Virus record (IMG/VR): IMGVR_UViG_2734482531_000011
Reading direction: 5' to 3' (one strand)
DNA from: a virus
Taxonomy: Duplodnaviria; Heunggongvirae; Uroviricota; Caudoviricetes
DNA: 44,199 bases
The notes under the pieces were generated by a model that searched no databases, was not told the origin of the DNA, and saw only the letters and a list, made by a program, of their open reading frames with translations. Shown one piece after another: positions 19,438-29,233 of this stretch (within the stretch, counting starts at the first letter, position 1; each line of letters starts with the position of its first letter). The position numbers were made by a program, and so were the translations under genes.

Positions 19438-19653
19438 ATGAAATCCATGGACAAAATTTCAACAGGCATTGCCTACGGCACCTCCGCAGGCAGTGCTGGC
19501 TACTGGTTTTTACAGTTGCTCGATAGAGTAACTCCGTCACAGTGGGCTGCAATCGGTGTGCTGGGTAGTCTGGTATTTGGCCTGCTGACGTACCTGACAA
19601 ACCTTTATTTCAAGATTAAAGAAGATAAGCGCAAGGCTGCGAGAGGTGAATAA
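19438..19653 (+). CDS. Phage 21-type pinholin S (dual-start MKSM motif), 71 aa
   Basis: [31 protein letters not shown]...KAARGE matches my recall of S21; GGAGGTGA RBS. Confidence 0.85.
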   Translation: MKSMDKISTGIAYGTSAGSAGYWFLQLLDRVTPSQWAAIGVLGSLVFGLLTYLTNLYFKIKEDKRKAARGE

Positions 19654-20150
19654 TGCCTCCATCATTACGAAAAGTCGTTGCTGCTGCTATTGGTGGCGGA
19701 GCAATTGCTATAGCATCAGTGTTAATCACTGGCCCAAGTGGTAACGATGGTCTGGAAGGTGTCAGCTACATACCATACAAAGATATTGTTGGTGTATGGA
19801 CTGTATGTCACGGGCATACAGGAAAAGACATCANNNNNNNNNNNNNNNNNNNNNNNNNNNNNNNNNNNNNNNNNNNNNNNNNNNNNNNNNNNNNNNNNNN
19901 NNNNNNNNNNNNNNNNNNNNNNNNNNNNNNNNNNNNNNNNNNNNNNNNNNNNNNNNNNNNNNNNNNNNNNNNNNNNNNNNNNNNNNNNNNNNNNNNNNNN
20001 NNNNNNNNNNNNNNNNNNNNNNNNNNNNNNNNNNNNNNNNNNNNNNNNNNNNNNNNNNNNNNNNNNNNNNNNNNNNNNNNNNNGCAATGGAAAGGTCTCA
20101 TGACTCGTCGTGAGATTGAGCGTGAAATCTGTTTGTGGGGTCAGCAATGA
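19653..20150 (+). CDS. SAR (signal-anchor-release) endolysin, R21-like lysozyme, 165 aa; central part masked by N
   Basis: N-terminus [36 protein letters not shown] (SAR domain) and C-terminus [21 protein letters not shown]; frame is maintained across the N run. Confidence 0.85.
   Translation: MPPSLRKVVAAAIGGGAIAIASVLITGPSGNDGLEGVSYIPYKDIVGVWTVCHGHTGKDIXXXXXXXXXXXXXXXXXXXXXXXXXXXXXXXXXXXXXXXXXXXXXXXXXXXXXXXXXXXXXXXXXXXXXXXXXXXXXXXXXXXXQWKGLMTRREIEREICLWGQQ
19834..20083. other. Run of 250 N (masked or unresolved sequence) inside the endolysin gene
   Basis: Directly seen. Confidence 0.99.
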
Positions 20151-20611
20151 ACAGAGTAACCGCGATTATCTCCGCTCTGGTTATCTGCATCATCGTCTGC
20201 CTGTCATGGGCTGTTAATCATTACCGTGATAACGCCATTACCTACAAAGCCCAGCGCGACAAAAATGCCAGAGAACTGAAGCTGGCGAACGCGGCAATTA
20301 CTGACATGCAGATGCGTCAGCGTGATGTTGCTGCGCTCGATGCAAAATACACGAAGGAGTTAGCTGATGCGAAAGCTGAAAATGATGCTCTGCGTGATGA
20401 TGTTGCCGCTGGTCGTCGTCGGTTGCACATCAAAGCAGTCTGTCAGTCAGTGCGTGAAGCCACCACCGCCTCCGGCGTGGATAATGCAGCCTCCCCCCGA
20501 CTGGCAGACACCGCTGAACGGGATTATTTCACCCTCCGGGAACGACTGGTAATGATGCAGGCCCAACTTGAAGGTGCTCAGCAATACATAACCGAGCAGT
20601 GTTTAAAGTAA
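20147..20611 (+). CDS. Rz i-spanin, 154 aa
   Basis: [23 protein letters not shown] anchor then coiled-coil periplasmic domain; start overlaps endolysin stop (ATGA). Confidence 0.85.
   Translation: MNRVTAIISALVICIIVCLSWAVNHYRDNAITYKAQRDKNARELKLANAAITDMQMRQRDVAALDAKYTKELADAKAENDALRDDVAAGRRRLHIKAVCQSVREATTASGVDNAASPRLADTAERDYFTLRERLVMMQAQLEGAQQYITEQCLK
20367..20552 (+). CDS. Rz1 o-spanin lipoprotein embedded in the +1 frame of Rz, 61 aa
   Basis: Lipobox LVVVGC and proline-rich mature part [15 protein letters not shown]. Confidence 0.8.
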   Translation: MRKLKMMLCVMMLPLVVVGCTSKQSVSQCVKPPPPPAWIMQPPPDWQTPLNGIISPSGNDW

Positions 20612-20748
20612 AATCTTAACTACAATATGATTCATTTTGATGATTGTTTCATAAGGAACAGTGAAGTAAGATCTAAGAGGAGTTAAATTTTATACAGTAT
20701 AATCATAATATTGCAGCAAGGTGGTTATAATTGAAAGAATATTTAGAT

Positions 20749-22206
20749 ATGAATACATCTCATGTAAGAGTTGTTACTCATATGTGTGGGTTCCTGGTTT
20801 GGCTCTATAGTCTTTCAATGTTGCCACCAATGGTTGTAGCATTGTTTTATAAAGAAAAAAGCCTGTTCGTTTTCTTTATAACTTTCGTTATATTTTTTTG
20901 CATTGGTGGCGGAGCGTGGTATACAACTAAGAAATCTGGCATTCAATTACGTACCCGTGATGGGTTTATTATAATTGTAATGTTTTGGATTTTGTTTTCT
21001 GTTATTAGTGCATTCCCTTTATGGATTGACTCAGAACTTAATTTAACGTTCATTGATGCTCTGTTTGAAGGGGTTTCTGGAATAACAACAACAGGAGCAA
21101 CTGTAATTGATGATGTTAGTTCATTACCTCGGGCATATTTGTACTATCGGTCACAGTTAAATTTTATAGGTGGTTTAGGAGTTATTGTTCTGGCGGTTGC
21201 AGTATTGCCATTATTGGGTATTGGTGGTGCAAAGCTTTATCAGTCAGAAATGCCGGGGCCATTTAAGGATGACAAACTCACTCCCCGCCTGGCCGATACG
21301 TCACGGACACTGTGGATAACTTATTCTTTATTAGGTATTGCTTGTATTGTCTGTTATAGACTTGCAGGAATGCCTTTGTTTGATGCTATTTGTCACGGGA
21401 TTTCCACAGTTTCGCTTGGTGGTTTCTCAACTCATAGCGAGAGTATCGGATATTTTAATAACTATTTGGTTGAGCTGGTGGCTGGTTCTTTTTCCCTGCT
21501 ATCGGCTTTCAACTTCACTCTTTGGTATATTGTTATTAGCAGAAAAACGATAAAACCTTTAATCAGAGATATTGAACTTCGTTTCTTTCTGTTAATAGCC
21601 TTAGGGGTGATCATTGTTACCTCTTTCCAGGTCTGGCATATAGGTATGTATGACTTGCATGGAAGTTTTATTCATTCGTTTTTTCTTGCCAGCTCCATGC
21701 TCACTGATAATGGTTTAGCTACGCAGGATTATGCAAACTGGCCCACGCACACGATAGTGTTTTTGCTGTTGTCAAGTTTCTTTGGGGGATGTATAGGTTC
21801 AACCTGTGGTGGAATTAAGTCACTTCGATTTCTTATACTTTTCAAACAAAGCAAACACGAGATAAATCAGCTTTCTCATCCCAGAGCGTTGTTGAGTGTA
21901 AATGTAGGAGGGAAGATAGTTACAGATCGTGTAATGAGGTCTGTATGGAGTTTCTTTTTTCTTTATACTCTCTTCACGGTGTTTTTTATACTGGTGTTAA
22001 ATGGTATGGGATATGATTTTCTTACATCATTTGCAACAGTGGCTGCATGTATTAATAATATGGGATTAGGTTTTGGGGCTACTGCATCGTCATTCGGAGT
22101 GCTTAATGACATTGCAAAATATTTAATGTGCATAGCTATGATTCTTGGTCGCCTTGAAATTTATCCTGTTATTATATTGTTTTCAGGTTTTTTTTGGCGC
22201 TCCTAA
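20749..22206 (+). CDS. trkG: TrkG potassium uptake protein (TrkH family), 485 aa
   Basis: MNTSHVRVVTHMCGFLVWLYSL... multi-pass membrane protein matching my recall of Rac TrkG; AT-rich gene. Confidence 0.9.
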   Translation: MNTSHVRVVTHMCGFLVWLYSLSMLPPMVVALFYKEKSLFVFFITFVIFFCIGGGAWYTTKKSGIQLRTRDGFIIIVMFWILFSVISAFPLWIDSELNLTFIDALFEGVSGITTTGATVIDDVSSLPRAYLYYRSQLNFIGGLGVIVLAVAVLPLLGIGGAKLYQSEMPGPFKDDKLTPRLADTSRTLWITYSLLGIACIVCYRLAGMPLFDAICHGISTVSLGGFSTHSESIGYFNNYLVELVAGSFSLLSAFNFTLWYIVISRKTIKPLIRDIELRFFLLIALGVIIVTSFQVWHIGMYDLHGSFIHSFFLASSMLTDNGLATQDYANWPTHTIVFLLLSSFFGGCIGSTCGGIKSLRFLILFKQSKHEINQLSHPRALLSVNVGGKIVTDRVMRSVWSFFFLYTLFTVFFILVLNGMGYDFLTSFATVAACINNMGLGFGATASSFGVLNDIAKYLMCIAMILGRLEIYPVIILFSGFFWRS

Positions 22207-22343
22207 TATATGGCTGATTTATAATTGTGAGTTTAATATTATGTTGACTCACTCATTGATCCAATACCTAACTTTACCAGCAACACCTCCGCCCCCAGTA
22301 GCACTGGCTGCTGGGGTGCGTTTTATTCATAAAGCAAGGCTGT

Positions 22344-23132
22344 ATGAGCGAGAAATTAAAGATAGTCTATCGCCCATTACAAGAATTGTCACCGTATGCG
22401 CACAACGCCAGGACGCACAGTACTGAGCAGGTGGCACAACTGGTAGAAAGTATTAAGCAATTCGGCTGGACTAATCCGGTGCTGATTGACGAAAAGGGCG
22501 AAATTATTGCGGGTCACGGTCGTGTTATGGCGGCTGAAATGCTCAAAATGGATTCTGTTCCGGTCATTGTTCTGTCTGGCCTGACGGATGAGCAGAAAAA
22601 GGCGTACCGCCTGGCAGATAATCGCCTGCCGATGAATGCTGGCTGGGATGAAGATCTGTTGCGGATGGAGCTGTCGGACCTAATCAATGCTGATTTTGAT
22701 GTCTCCCTGACAGGCTTCATCCCGGCAGAAATTGATGAACTGTTGACGGATGTTTTGCCCGGTACAGGAAATGAGGAGGAGCCGTATACGACGAAAATTG
22801 ATACGCCTGTTTATGAGCCGTCAGGCGGTAAACCGGATATCAGTGAACTGTACGACGATACGAAAACTCAGGAGCTGATCAGCCGGATACGTTCGGCGTC
22901 CCTTGATCCTGATATTGAGAAATTCCTCCTGTGTGCAGCAGAACGTCACACGGTGTTTAATTTCAGCAGAATTGCGGACTATTACGCTCATGCCCCCGCT
23001 GAAATTCAGTGCCTTTTCGAGGAGTCGGCGCTGGTGATCATTGATTATCAGCAGGCTATTGAAAATGGATTTGTCCGAATGACGCAGCGCATGGTGGAGA
23101 TCATGCATGGCGGGGAGGAGGAATATGCGTGA
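22344..23132 (+). CDS. ParB-like nuclease domain protein, 262 aa
   Basis: ParB/Srx-like N-terminus: LSPYAHNARTHSTEQVAQLVESIKQFGWTNPVLIDEKGEIIAGHGRVMAA. Confidence 0.7.
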   Translation: MSEKLKIVYRPLQELSPYAHNARTHSTEQVAQLVESIKQFGWTNPVLIDEKGEIIAGHGRVMAAEMLKMDSVPVIVLSGLTDEQKKAYRLADNRLPMNAGWDEDLLRMELSDLINADFDVSLTGFIPAEIDELLTDVLPGTGNEEEPYTTKIDTPVYEPSGGKPDISELYDDTKTQELISRIRSASLDPDIEKFLLCAAERHTVFNFSRIADYYAHAPAEIQCLFEESALVIIDYQQAIENGFVRMTQRMVEIMHGGEEEYA

Positions 23133-24057
23133 TGATTTTTGCGCCTTTATTCTGACTCACGGGCGACCGGACAAAGTTCTGACTTACCGGACGTTGCGTC
23201 GTGCTGGCTATACCGGGAAAATTTTTATCGTTGTTGATGATGAAGATAAGACACGGCATCAGTACATGGCTGAATTTGGTGAACAGGTGCTGGTATTTTC
23301 CAAAGCCGATATTGCTAGTCGTTTTGACGAAGCCGATAATTTTAGTGACCGCCGCTCAATTTTTTACGCCCGTAATGCCTGTTTCGACCAGGCAAAACTG
23401 GTCGGGTGTAAATACTTCATTCAGCTCGATGATGATTATCACGAGTTCCAGTTTCGGGTGGATCGCAACTATGACCAGGCCTATTTCCCGATAAGGAAAC
23501 TGGATGAGATCCTTTCTGAAATGCTTGCGTACTACGAATCAATACCTGCTCTTTCCATCGCTATGTCGCAGGGCGGGGATTTTCTTGGTGACAATGGCGG
23601 CCATGCTTCGTGGGTGAAACGCAAGGCAATGAACAGCTTTATCTGTTCGGTTGATCGACCGTTCTCATTCATGGGGCGCATTAACGAGGATGTGAATACG
23701 TACACGAATCTCGGTCGCTGTGGTGAATTGTTTATGACGATCGGTGCTGTCCAGTTAGGGCAGAAACAGACGCAGAAAAACAGCGGCGGAATGACCGAGC
23801 TGTATCTGGATTCCGGAACCTACGTTAAAAGTTTTTACTCCGTCATGTATGCGCCGTCGTGCGTAAAAATCTCACTTATGGGTGCCAGTCATAAACGCAT
23901 TCACCATCAGGTCACCTGGAACAACGCTGCAGTAAAAATCCTTCACGAAAAATACAGGAAGAAGACACCCTGCATATCAATGGGGGTGACAAATGATTCC
24001 GTATTCGAAAGTCGAGTCTCTGGCAGCGTGCCGGATGACTGCACAACAAATCGCTGA
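23125..24057 (+). CDS. Hypothetical protein, about 310 aa, with acidic VVDDED and LDDDYHEF motifs (possible nucleotide-sugar transferase-like); function unknown
   Basis: ATG 23125 with GGAGGAGGA RBS overlapping the ParB-like gene stop. Confidence 0.55.
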   Translation: MRDDFCAFILTHGRPDKVLTYRTLRRAGYTGKIFIVVDDEDKTRHQYMAEFGEQVLVFSKADIASRFDEADNFSDRRSIFYARNACFDQAKLVGCKYFIQLDDDYHEFQFRVDRNYDQAYFPIRKLDEILSEMLAYYESIPALSIAMSQGGDFLGDNGGHASWVKRKAMNSFICSVDRPFSFMGRINEDVNTYTNLGRCGELFMTIGAVQLGQKQTQKNSGGMTELYLDSGTYVKSFYSVMYAPSCVKISLMGASHKRIHHQVTWNNAAVKILHEKYRKKTPCISMGVTNDSVFESRVSGSVPDDCTTNR

Positions 24058-24244
24058 CGTTCTGGATGTTGATCTGAACCGACTGAAAGAAAATCGGGAA
24101 GCAATGACAGATTTTTATGCGGCCATCCGTAAGGGCAGAGCGAAAGGTGAAGCCGAGTTACGAGCGGCATTGTTTAAGCTTGCCAGAAAAGGGGATGCCT
24201 TTGCTCTGCGCGAACTACTCAGGGTGGATAAAAATCAGGACTAA
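23993..24244 (+). CDS. Small hypothetical protein (possible HTH), 83 aa or shorter
   Basis: ORF upstream of the terminase small subunit gene; start uncertain, overlaps the upstream gene. Confidence 0.35.
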   Translation: MIPYSKVESLAACRMTAQQIADVLDVDLNRLKENREAMTDFYAAIRKGRAKGEAELRAALFKLARKGDAFALRELLRVDKNQD

Positions 24245-24247
24245 CTG

Positions 24248-25342
24248 ATGAGCAGACCGGACTGGGGGGCGTTGCAGCAGGAGTATATTGCTGAATACAC
24301 CCGCTCCGGTATATCTCCGGTGGCATGGTGTGAAGCAAGGGGACTGAATTACGCAACAGCCCGTCGTTACATCAAAAAAACTCCGAAAAATGCGCAGACA
24401 GAAATGTGCAAAACTGCGCAAAAAAGTGCGCAGAAAAAATCTGCGCAGACTGCACAAAAGCGGAACGAAAAATCTCAGGAAAAAAAGCCAGTATTCGATG
24501 CGGGCCTGAATGAGGGCGACGCGGAGGAATTTTCGTTCTGTCCCGATGAATTCGGCATTTCTGACCAGCAGGCTAAGTTTGCGATGCTTGTTGCTCAGGG
24601 TAAAAAGCCGACAGAGGCGTACCGACTAGCCGGTTATGAGGGGCAAGGTGCGACAGCTAACAGCAACGCCAGTCGTATGCTTAGAAATGCCAGGGTTTTT
24701 CGCGCTATCAGCTACTTCCGCAATCAGTACCAGAAACGCTATACCGCAGACCTGGATTTACTAGTGAGTCAGTTGATGGCTATTGTCCTGGCCGACCCCA
24801 ATCAGCTTGCACAATTTCGCCGTGTTAACTGCCGTTATTGCTGGGGCGAGAATCATCTCTACCAGTGGCGCGATATAGCAGAATTCGACAAGGCAGCGGC
24901 GCAGGCTTCCAGAGATGGCAAACCCGAACCGGAATATGGAGGCCTCGGCTTTGTTGATAACGCCATACCCAATCCGGACTGCCCGAAGTGCTGCGGTGAG
25001 GGAACGGGACAGCTTTATATGGCTGATACCACTCTGCTTGATGGGGATGCGCGGCAATTATATGCAGGGGCAAAATTCGGAAAATTCGGCGTTGAGATCC
25101 TGCTGGAGGATAAGGCTGCCGCCCGGCGTGAATTGTTGCGTTTGTTTTCTGCTGGCGGGGCTTTATGTGCAGATAAGCGGCTACGGGAACTGGAAATTGA
25201 ACGGCGCAGAATGGAAAACCAGAAGCTGCGCAAAGAGATCGAAACGGTGGAAGATAATGAACATCCCCAGCCTGTGGCGATCAATATTAATGTGGTTGAT
25301 GCCAGAGTAAGGAGTGATGAAGATGATCTCTCCGACGCTTAA
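24248..25342 (+). CDS. Putative terminase small subunit, 364 aa
   Basis: N-terminal HTH-like segment and position immediately upstream of the large terminase. Confidence 0.65.
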   Translation: MSRPDWGALQQEYIAEYTRSGISPVAWCEARGLNYATARRYIKKTPKNAQTEMCKTAQKSAQKKSAQTAQKRNEKSQEKKPVFDAGLNEGDAEEFSFCPDEFGISDQQAKFAMLVAQGKKPTEAYRLAGYEGQGATANSNASRMLRNARVFRAISYFRNQYQKRYTADLDLLVSQLMAIVLADPNQLAQFRRVNCRYCWGENHLYQWRDIAEFDKAAAQASRDGKPEPEYGGLGFVDNAIPNPDCPKCCGEGTGQLYMADTTLLDGDARQLYAGAKFGKFGVEILLEDKAAARRELLRLFSAGGALCADKRLRELEIERRRMENQKLRKEIETVEDNEHPQPVAININVVDARVRSDEDDLSDA

Positions 25343-26624
25343 TGTGCCTCAGGCGCGATTTCTTTCAATGCCCCATAAATTTAAAGCCTATATTGCTGGT
25401 TTTGGCTCGGGCAAAACATGGGTTGGGTGTGGCGGCATATGCAAGGGGATTTGGGAGCATCCAGGTATAAATCAGGGATATTTTGCGCCAACGTATCCCC
25501 AAATTCGCGATATTTTTTACCCTACAGTGGAAGAAGTTGCTGCTGACTGGGGATTGAACGTAAAAATTAATGAGGGAAATAAAGAGGTTCACTTTTATTA
25601 CGGACGCCAGTATCGGGGAACCACTATCTGCAGATCGATGGAGAAGCCACAAACGATCGTCGGTTTCAAAATTGGTAATGCGTTGGTGGATGAACTGGAC
25701 ATTTTGCCGAAGGAAAAAGCCAGAACGGCGTGGCGCAAGATAATTGCACGTATGCGTTATAAGATTGATGGACTTCGCAACGGTATTGACGTTACAACCA
25801 CGCCGGAAGGATTCAAATTTGTCTACGAGCAGTTTGTTAAAGCCGTGCGTGAAAAAACAGAGCTGGCCTCACTGTATGGTCTGGTGCAGGCATCTACTTT
25901 CGATAATGAAAAGAACCTGCCAGCAGATTACATTCCTTCGCTTCTTGAATCATACCCTCCAGAGCTGATTAAAGCCTATCTTCGAGGACAGTTTACTAAC
26001 CTGACAAGTGGTACTGTTTACCATCAGTTTGACCGGAAACTGAATAATTGCGAAGAAGTGGAGCAGCCAGGGGAGCCGATTTATATTGGGATGGATTTTA
26101 ACGTTGGAAAGATGGCGGGAATCGTCCATGTGCTGCGTTTGGGGCTTCCATGTGCGGTAACTGAAATCATCAATGCCTACGATACGCCGGATATGATCCG
26201 CATCATTAAAGAACGCTTCTGGCTGTATGATGGGAATGATTACCGGAAAGTGAGGGAAATTTATATTTATCCAGATGCTTCCGGGGATTCCAGAAAATCA
26301 AGTAACGCAAGTACGACGGATATAGCCCAGCTTAAGCAGGCTGGTTTTAACGTTGTGGTGAACAGCTCGAACCCGCCAGTAAAAGATCGCGTTAACTCAA
26401 TGAATGCAATGTTCTGCAATGCCAATGGTGAGCGTCGCTATAAAGTTAATGTGAAGCGTTGCCCGTTATATGCCGAATCTCTGGAGCAACAGGTCTGGGA
26501 TGAGAAGGGGGAGCCTGATAAAAAATCTGGCAATGATCACCCGAATGATGCCGGAGGTTATTTCATCGTTAAGCAATTCCCTATTGTCAAACCGACCGGA
26601 AGAGTCACATCACTTCGGATTTAA
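25314..26624 (+). CDS. Terminase large subunit, 436 aa
   Basis: Walker A-like YIAGFGSGKTWVG; size and position before the portal gene. Confidence 0.85.
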   Translation: MMKMISPTLNVPQARFLSMPHKFKAYIAGFGSGKTWVGCGGICKGIWEHPGINQGYFAPTYPQIRDIFYPTVEEVAADWGLNVKINEGNKEVHFYYGRQYRGTTICRSMEKPQTIVGFKIGNALVDELDILPKEKARTAWRKIIARMRYKIDGLRNGIDVTTTPEGFKFVYEQFVKAVREKTELASLYGLVQASTFDNEKNLPADYIPSLLESYPPELIKAYLRGQFTNLTSGTVYHQFDRKLNNCEEVEQPGEPIYIGMDFNVGKMAGIVHVLRLGLPCAVTEIINAYDTPDMIRIIKERFWLYDGNDYRKVREIYIYPDASGDSRKSSNASTTDIAQLKQAGFNVVVNSSNPPVKDRVNSMNAMFCNANGERRYKVNVKRCPLYAESLEQQVWDEKGEPDKKSGNDHPNDAGGYFIVKQFPIVKPTGRVTSLRI

Positions 26625-26626
26625 TT

Positions 26627-28033
26627 ATGGCTGATATATCAACACCCAACCTCGACTATAACGATATGCTGGAGGCGTGGGATATTAACGACGCACTGAT
26701 GGGCGGTACGCTTGAAATGCGCAGGCAGGGGGAAAATTATCTCCCAAAATGGCCTAACGAAGATGAAGACGCTTATAAAAAACGCCTGTCTGTGGCTACG
26801 CTACTTCCTGTGTATGAAGAAAGCATCAAGCAAAATATTGGGCGCATATTTGCAGAGCCGACAGTATTGAGTGAGGAAACGCCGGCAAAAATCAGGGAAT
26901 ATGCAGAAAATATCGACATGGAGGGGAGCCGACTGGATGTGTGGGCGCAGCAATTTTTCAGCCTCGCATTTCAGTATGGTGTGGCACATGCGCTGGTGGA
27001 CTATCCACGAACGGATATGAAAGAGATTCGGACAAAAGCCGATGAAAACGCGACCGGTGGTCGTCCGTACGTTACGATGCTGAATCCACGCCAGGTTATT
27101 GGATGGAAATCGAAAGTTGAAAAAGGGAAAGTTGTTCTCACTGATTTGCGTATAAAAGAGGTCATCATTATTGATGGTGATGATTTCGGGCAGAAGAAGG
27201 TGGAGCAGATCCGCCATATTATGCCCCGTCGAGTTGAAATTTATCGACGTAGCGAAGGCACTAATGGCGAATCTGTCTGGACGCTTCATGAGTCATGGAA
27301 TACCAGCCGTGATGATATTCCTCTGGTAACACTGTACACGAAGAAAACAGGATTTATGCGTGGTACACCGCCATTGCTTAATCTTGGCTTGCTGAATATC
27401 AAGCACTGGCAAAGCCAGAGCGAGCAGGACAATATTCTTCATGTTGCCCGCGTTCCATTGCTGGTGGCCTACGGGCTGGACAGGAATGAAGAACTGACGG
27501 TTGGTGCATCCACCGCTACGATTTTTGAGGACAGAACAAAAAATGGCCTCGAATATGTTGAACATAGTGGCGCAGCGATAGAATCTGGCGAAACATCACT
27601 TGAGAAGCTGGAAAATCAGATGCGTCATGCCGGCGCTAAACTTCTGCGTGCTGAAAATACATCCACCAAATCTGTTGATCAGACTAATGAAGAGCGAATG
27701 CAGGAAAACTCGCCGCTTTATACAATGGCGAACTCCCTCGAAGATGCCCTCGATAATATTCTCCAGATAATGGCGGAATGGATCGGAGAGAGTTGCGGTG
27801 GCAATGTGGATGTGCGCACTGAACTGGATGTATCTGCCCAGGTGTTTGACTCATCCTCCGCGCTGGCTGTTCAGTCATTGCGTCAGGGCGGTGATATACG
27901 TCAGATTGATGCGGTTCGGGTGTTGCAGGCGTTGAAATTTATCGATCAGGATTCCCGTCCAGAGGAAGTGATCGATGAATTAAAAAATCAGAGTGTAATG
28001 CTGATGGAAATCAATGATGCAAACCGTGAATGA
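26627..28033 (+). CDS. Portal protein, 468 aa
   Basis: Size and position after the large terminase. Confidence 0.75.
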   Translation: MADISTPNLDYNDMLEAWDINDALMGGTLEMRRQGENYLPKWPNEDEDAYKKRLSVATLLPVYEESIKQNIGRIFAEPTVLSEETPAKIREYAENIDMEGSRLDVWAQQFFSLAFQYGVAHALVDYPRTDMKEIRTKADENATGGRPYVTMLNPRQVIGWKSKVEKGKVVLTDLRIKEVIIIDGDDFGQKKVEQIRHIMPRRVEIYRRSEGTNGESVWTLHESWNTSRDDIPLVTLYTKKTGFMRGTPPLLNLGLLNIKHWQSQSEQDNILHVARVPLLVAYGLDRNEELTVGASTATIFEDRTKNGLEYVEHSGAAIESGETSLEKLENQMRHAGAKLLRAENTSTKSVDQTNEERMQENSPLYTMANSLEDALDNILQIMAEWIGESCGGNVDVRTELDVSAQVFDSSSALAVQSLRQGGDIRQIDAVRVLQALKFIDQDSRPEEVIDELKNQSVMLMEINDANRE

Positions 28034-29129
28034 ACGGCTGCGTGATGAATCAATTGCTCATGCAGTCTGGATATCCCGCTATAGCACTGGCGTGGCTGCC
28101 AGAATGGTGAAAATACTGAATGACAGCGATGCGGAACTTACTGCTCGCCTGCTGATAGCACTGGACAGCCTCGATCCAGGTAGTTTTACCGTTAAGCGCC
28201 TGGAGTCACTTCTGGCGAGCGTCAGAGAGGTTAACCGCACTGCTATTAACAGCATGTTTACCAGTCTCTCCGGAGAGCTGAACGAGCTGGCAATTTATGA
28301 GGCTGGTTATCAGTTAAGTCTGTTTGATTCTATGCTACCTGATTTTGTTGCTGATGTTCACCCTCTGGTTGGTATCTCTCCTGATGCACTTTATGCCGCT
28401 GCAATGGCGCGACCATTCCAGGGACGACTGCTCAGTGAGTGGGCCTCAGATCTTGAGGCGGATCGGCTCAGACGCATAACAAATACAGTGCGTCAGGGTT
28501 TTTTGCTGGGGGATACCAATGAGCAGATCGCAAGAAAAATTCGGGGACATGTCAGTAAGGGATTTCAGGATGGTGCATTGCAGATGAGCCGGGCTAATGC
28601 GGCCAGCATTGCAAAAACAGCGGTTGGACATCTTGCTGCTACTGCCCGTGAGAGTTTTGCCAGCGCGAATAATGATTTGATTAAGGGTAAGCAATGGTTA
28701 TCAACGCTTGATAATCGTACTACGCCACAATGTCGAATCAGGGATCGCCTCAAATATACGCTGAATAATAAACCTGTAGGTCACAGCGTGCCTTATTTGC
28801 AGGGGCCGGGAAAAATTCATTTCTGCTGCCGCTCAACGGAAACGTTCATTCTGAAATCAGCGAAGGAACTGGGTATTGATGTTCGCGATATTTCCCCGGC
28901 TGAGCGGGCCAGCATGGATGGCGTGGTGGCCGGAGATACAACCTACAGGGAATGGTTTTTGCGTCAGCCTTACACCAGACAAAAACAGATTGTGGGGGAA
29001 AGCCGAGCAAAGCTGATTCGGGATGGTGGTATGTCGCCAGATGAATTTTACACCGATAAAGGCGAATGGCTGACGCTGAAGCAGCTCCGTGAGCGTGATG
29101 CACAGGTATTCAGAAAAGCAGGGATTTAA
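28014..29129 (+). CDS. Head morphogenesis / minor head protein (Mu F / SPP1 gp7-like), 371 aa
   Basis: Position after portal; typical size. Confidence 0.65.
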   Translation: MMQTVNERLRDESIAHAVWISRYSTGVAARMVKILNDSDAELTARLLIALDSLDPGSFTVKRLESLLASVREVNRTAINSMFTSLSGELNELAIYEAGYQLSLFDSMLPDFVADVHPLVGISPDALYAAAMARPFQGRLLSEWASDLEADRLRRITNTVRQGFLLGDTNEQIARKIRGHVSKGFQDGALQMSRANAASIAKTAVGHLAATARESFASANNDLIKGKQWLSTLDNRTTPQCRIRDRLKYTLNNKPVGHSVPYLQGPGKIHFCCRSTETFILKSAKELGIDVRDISPAERASMDGVVAGDTTYREWFLRQPYTRQKQIVGESRAKLIRDGGMSPDEFYTDKGEWLTLKQLRERDAQVFRKAGI

Positions 29130-29149
29130 ATAAATCATTTATTACAACA

Positions 29150-29176
29150 GGCTACCTTCGGGTGGCCTTTTTTATT
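29150..29176 (+). terminator. Terminator-like hairpin with U-run after the head morphogenesis gene
   Basis: ggctaccttcgggtggccttttttatt (stem includes one G-U pair). Confidence 0.4.
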
Positions 29177-29233
29177 GCTGCGATCCGGATGGTGAGCAGC
29201 GTAACTGTCGGAAGACTTAAACCAGGTACTAAT

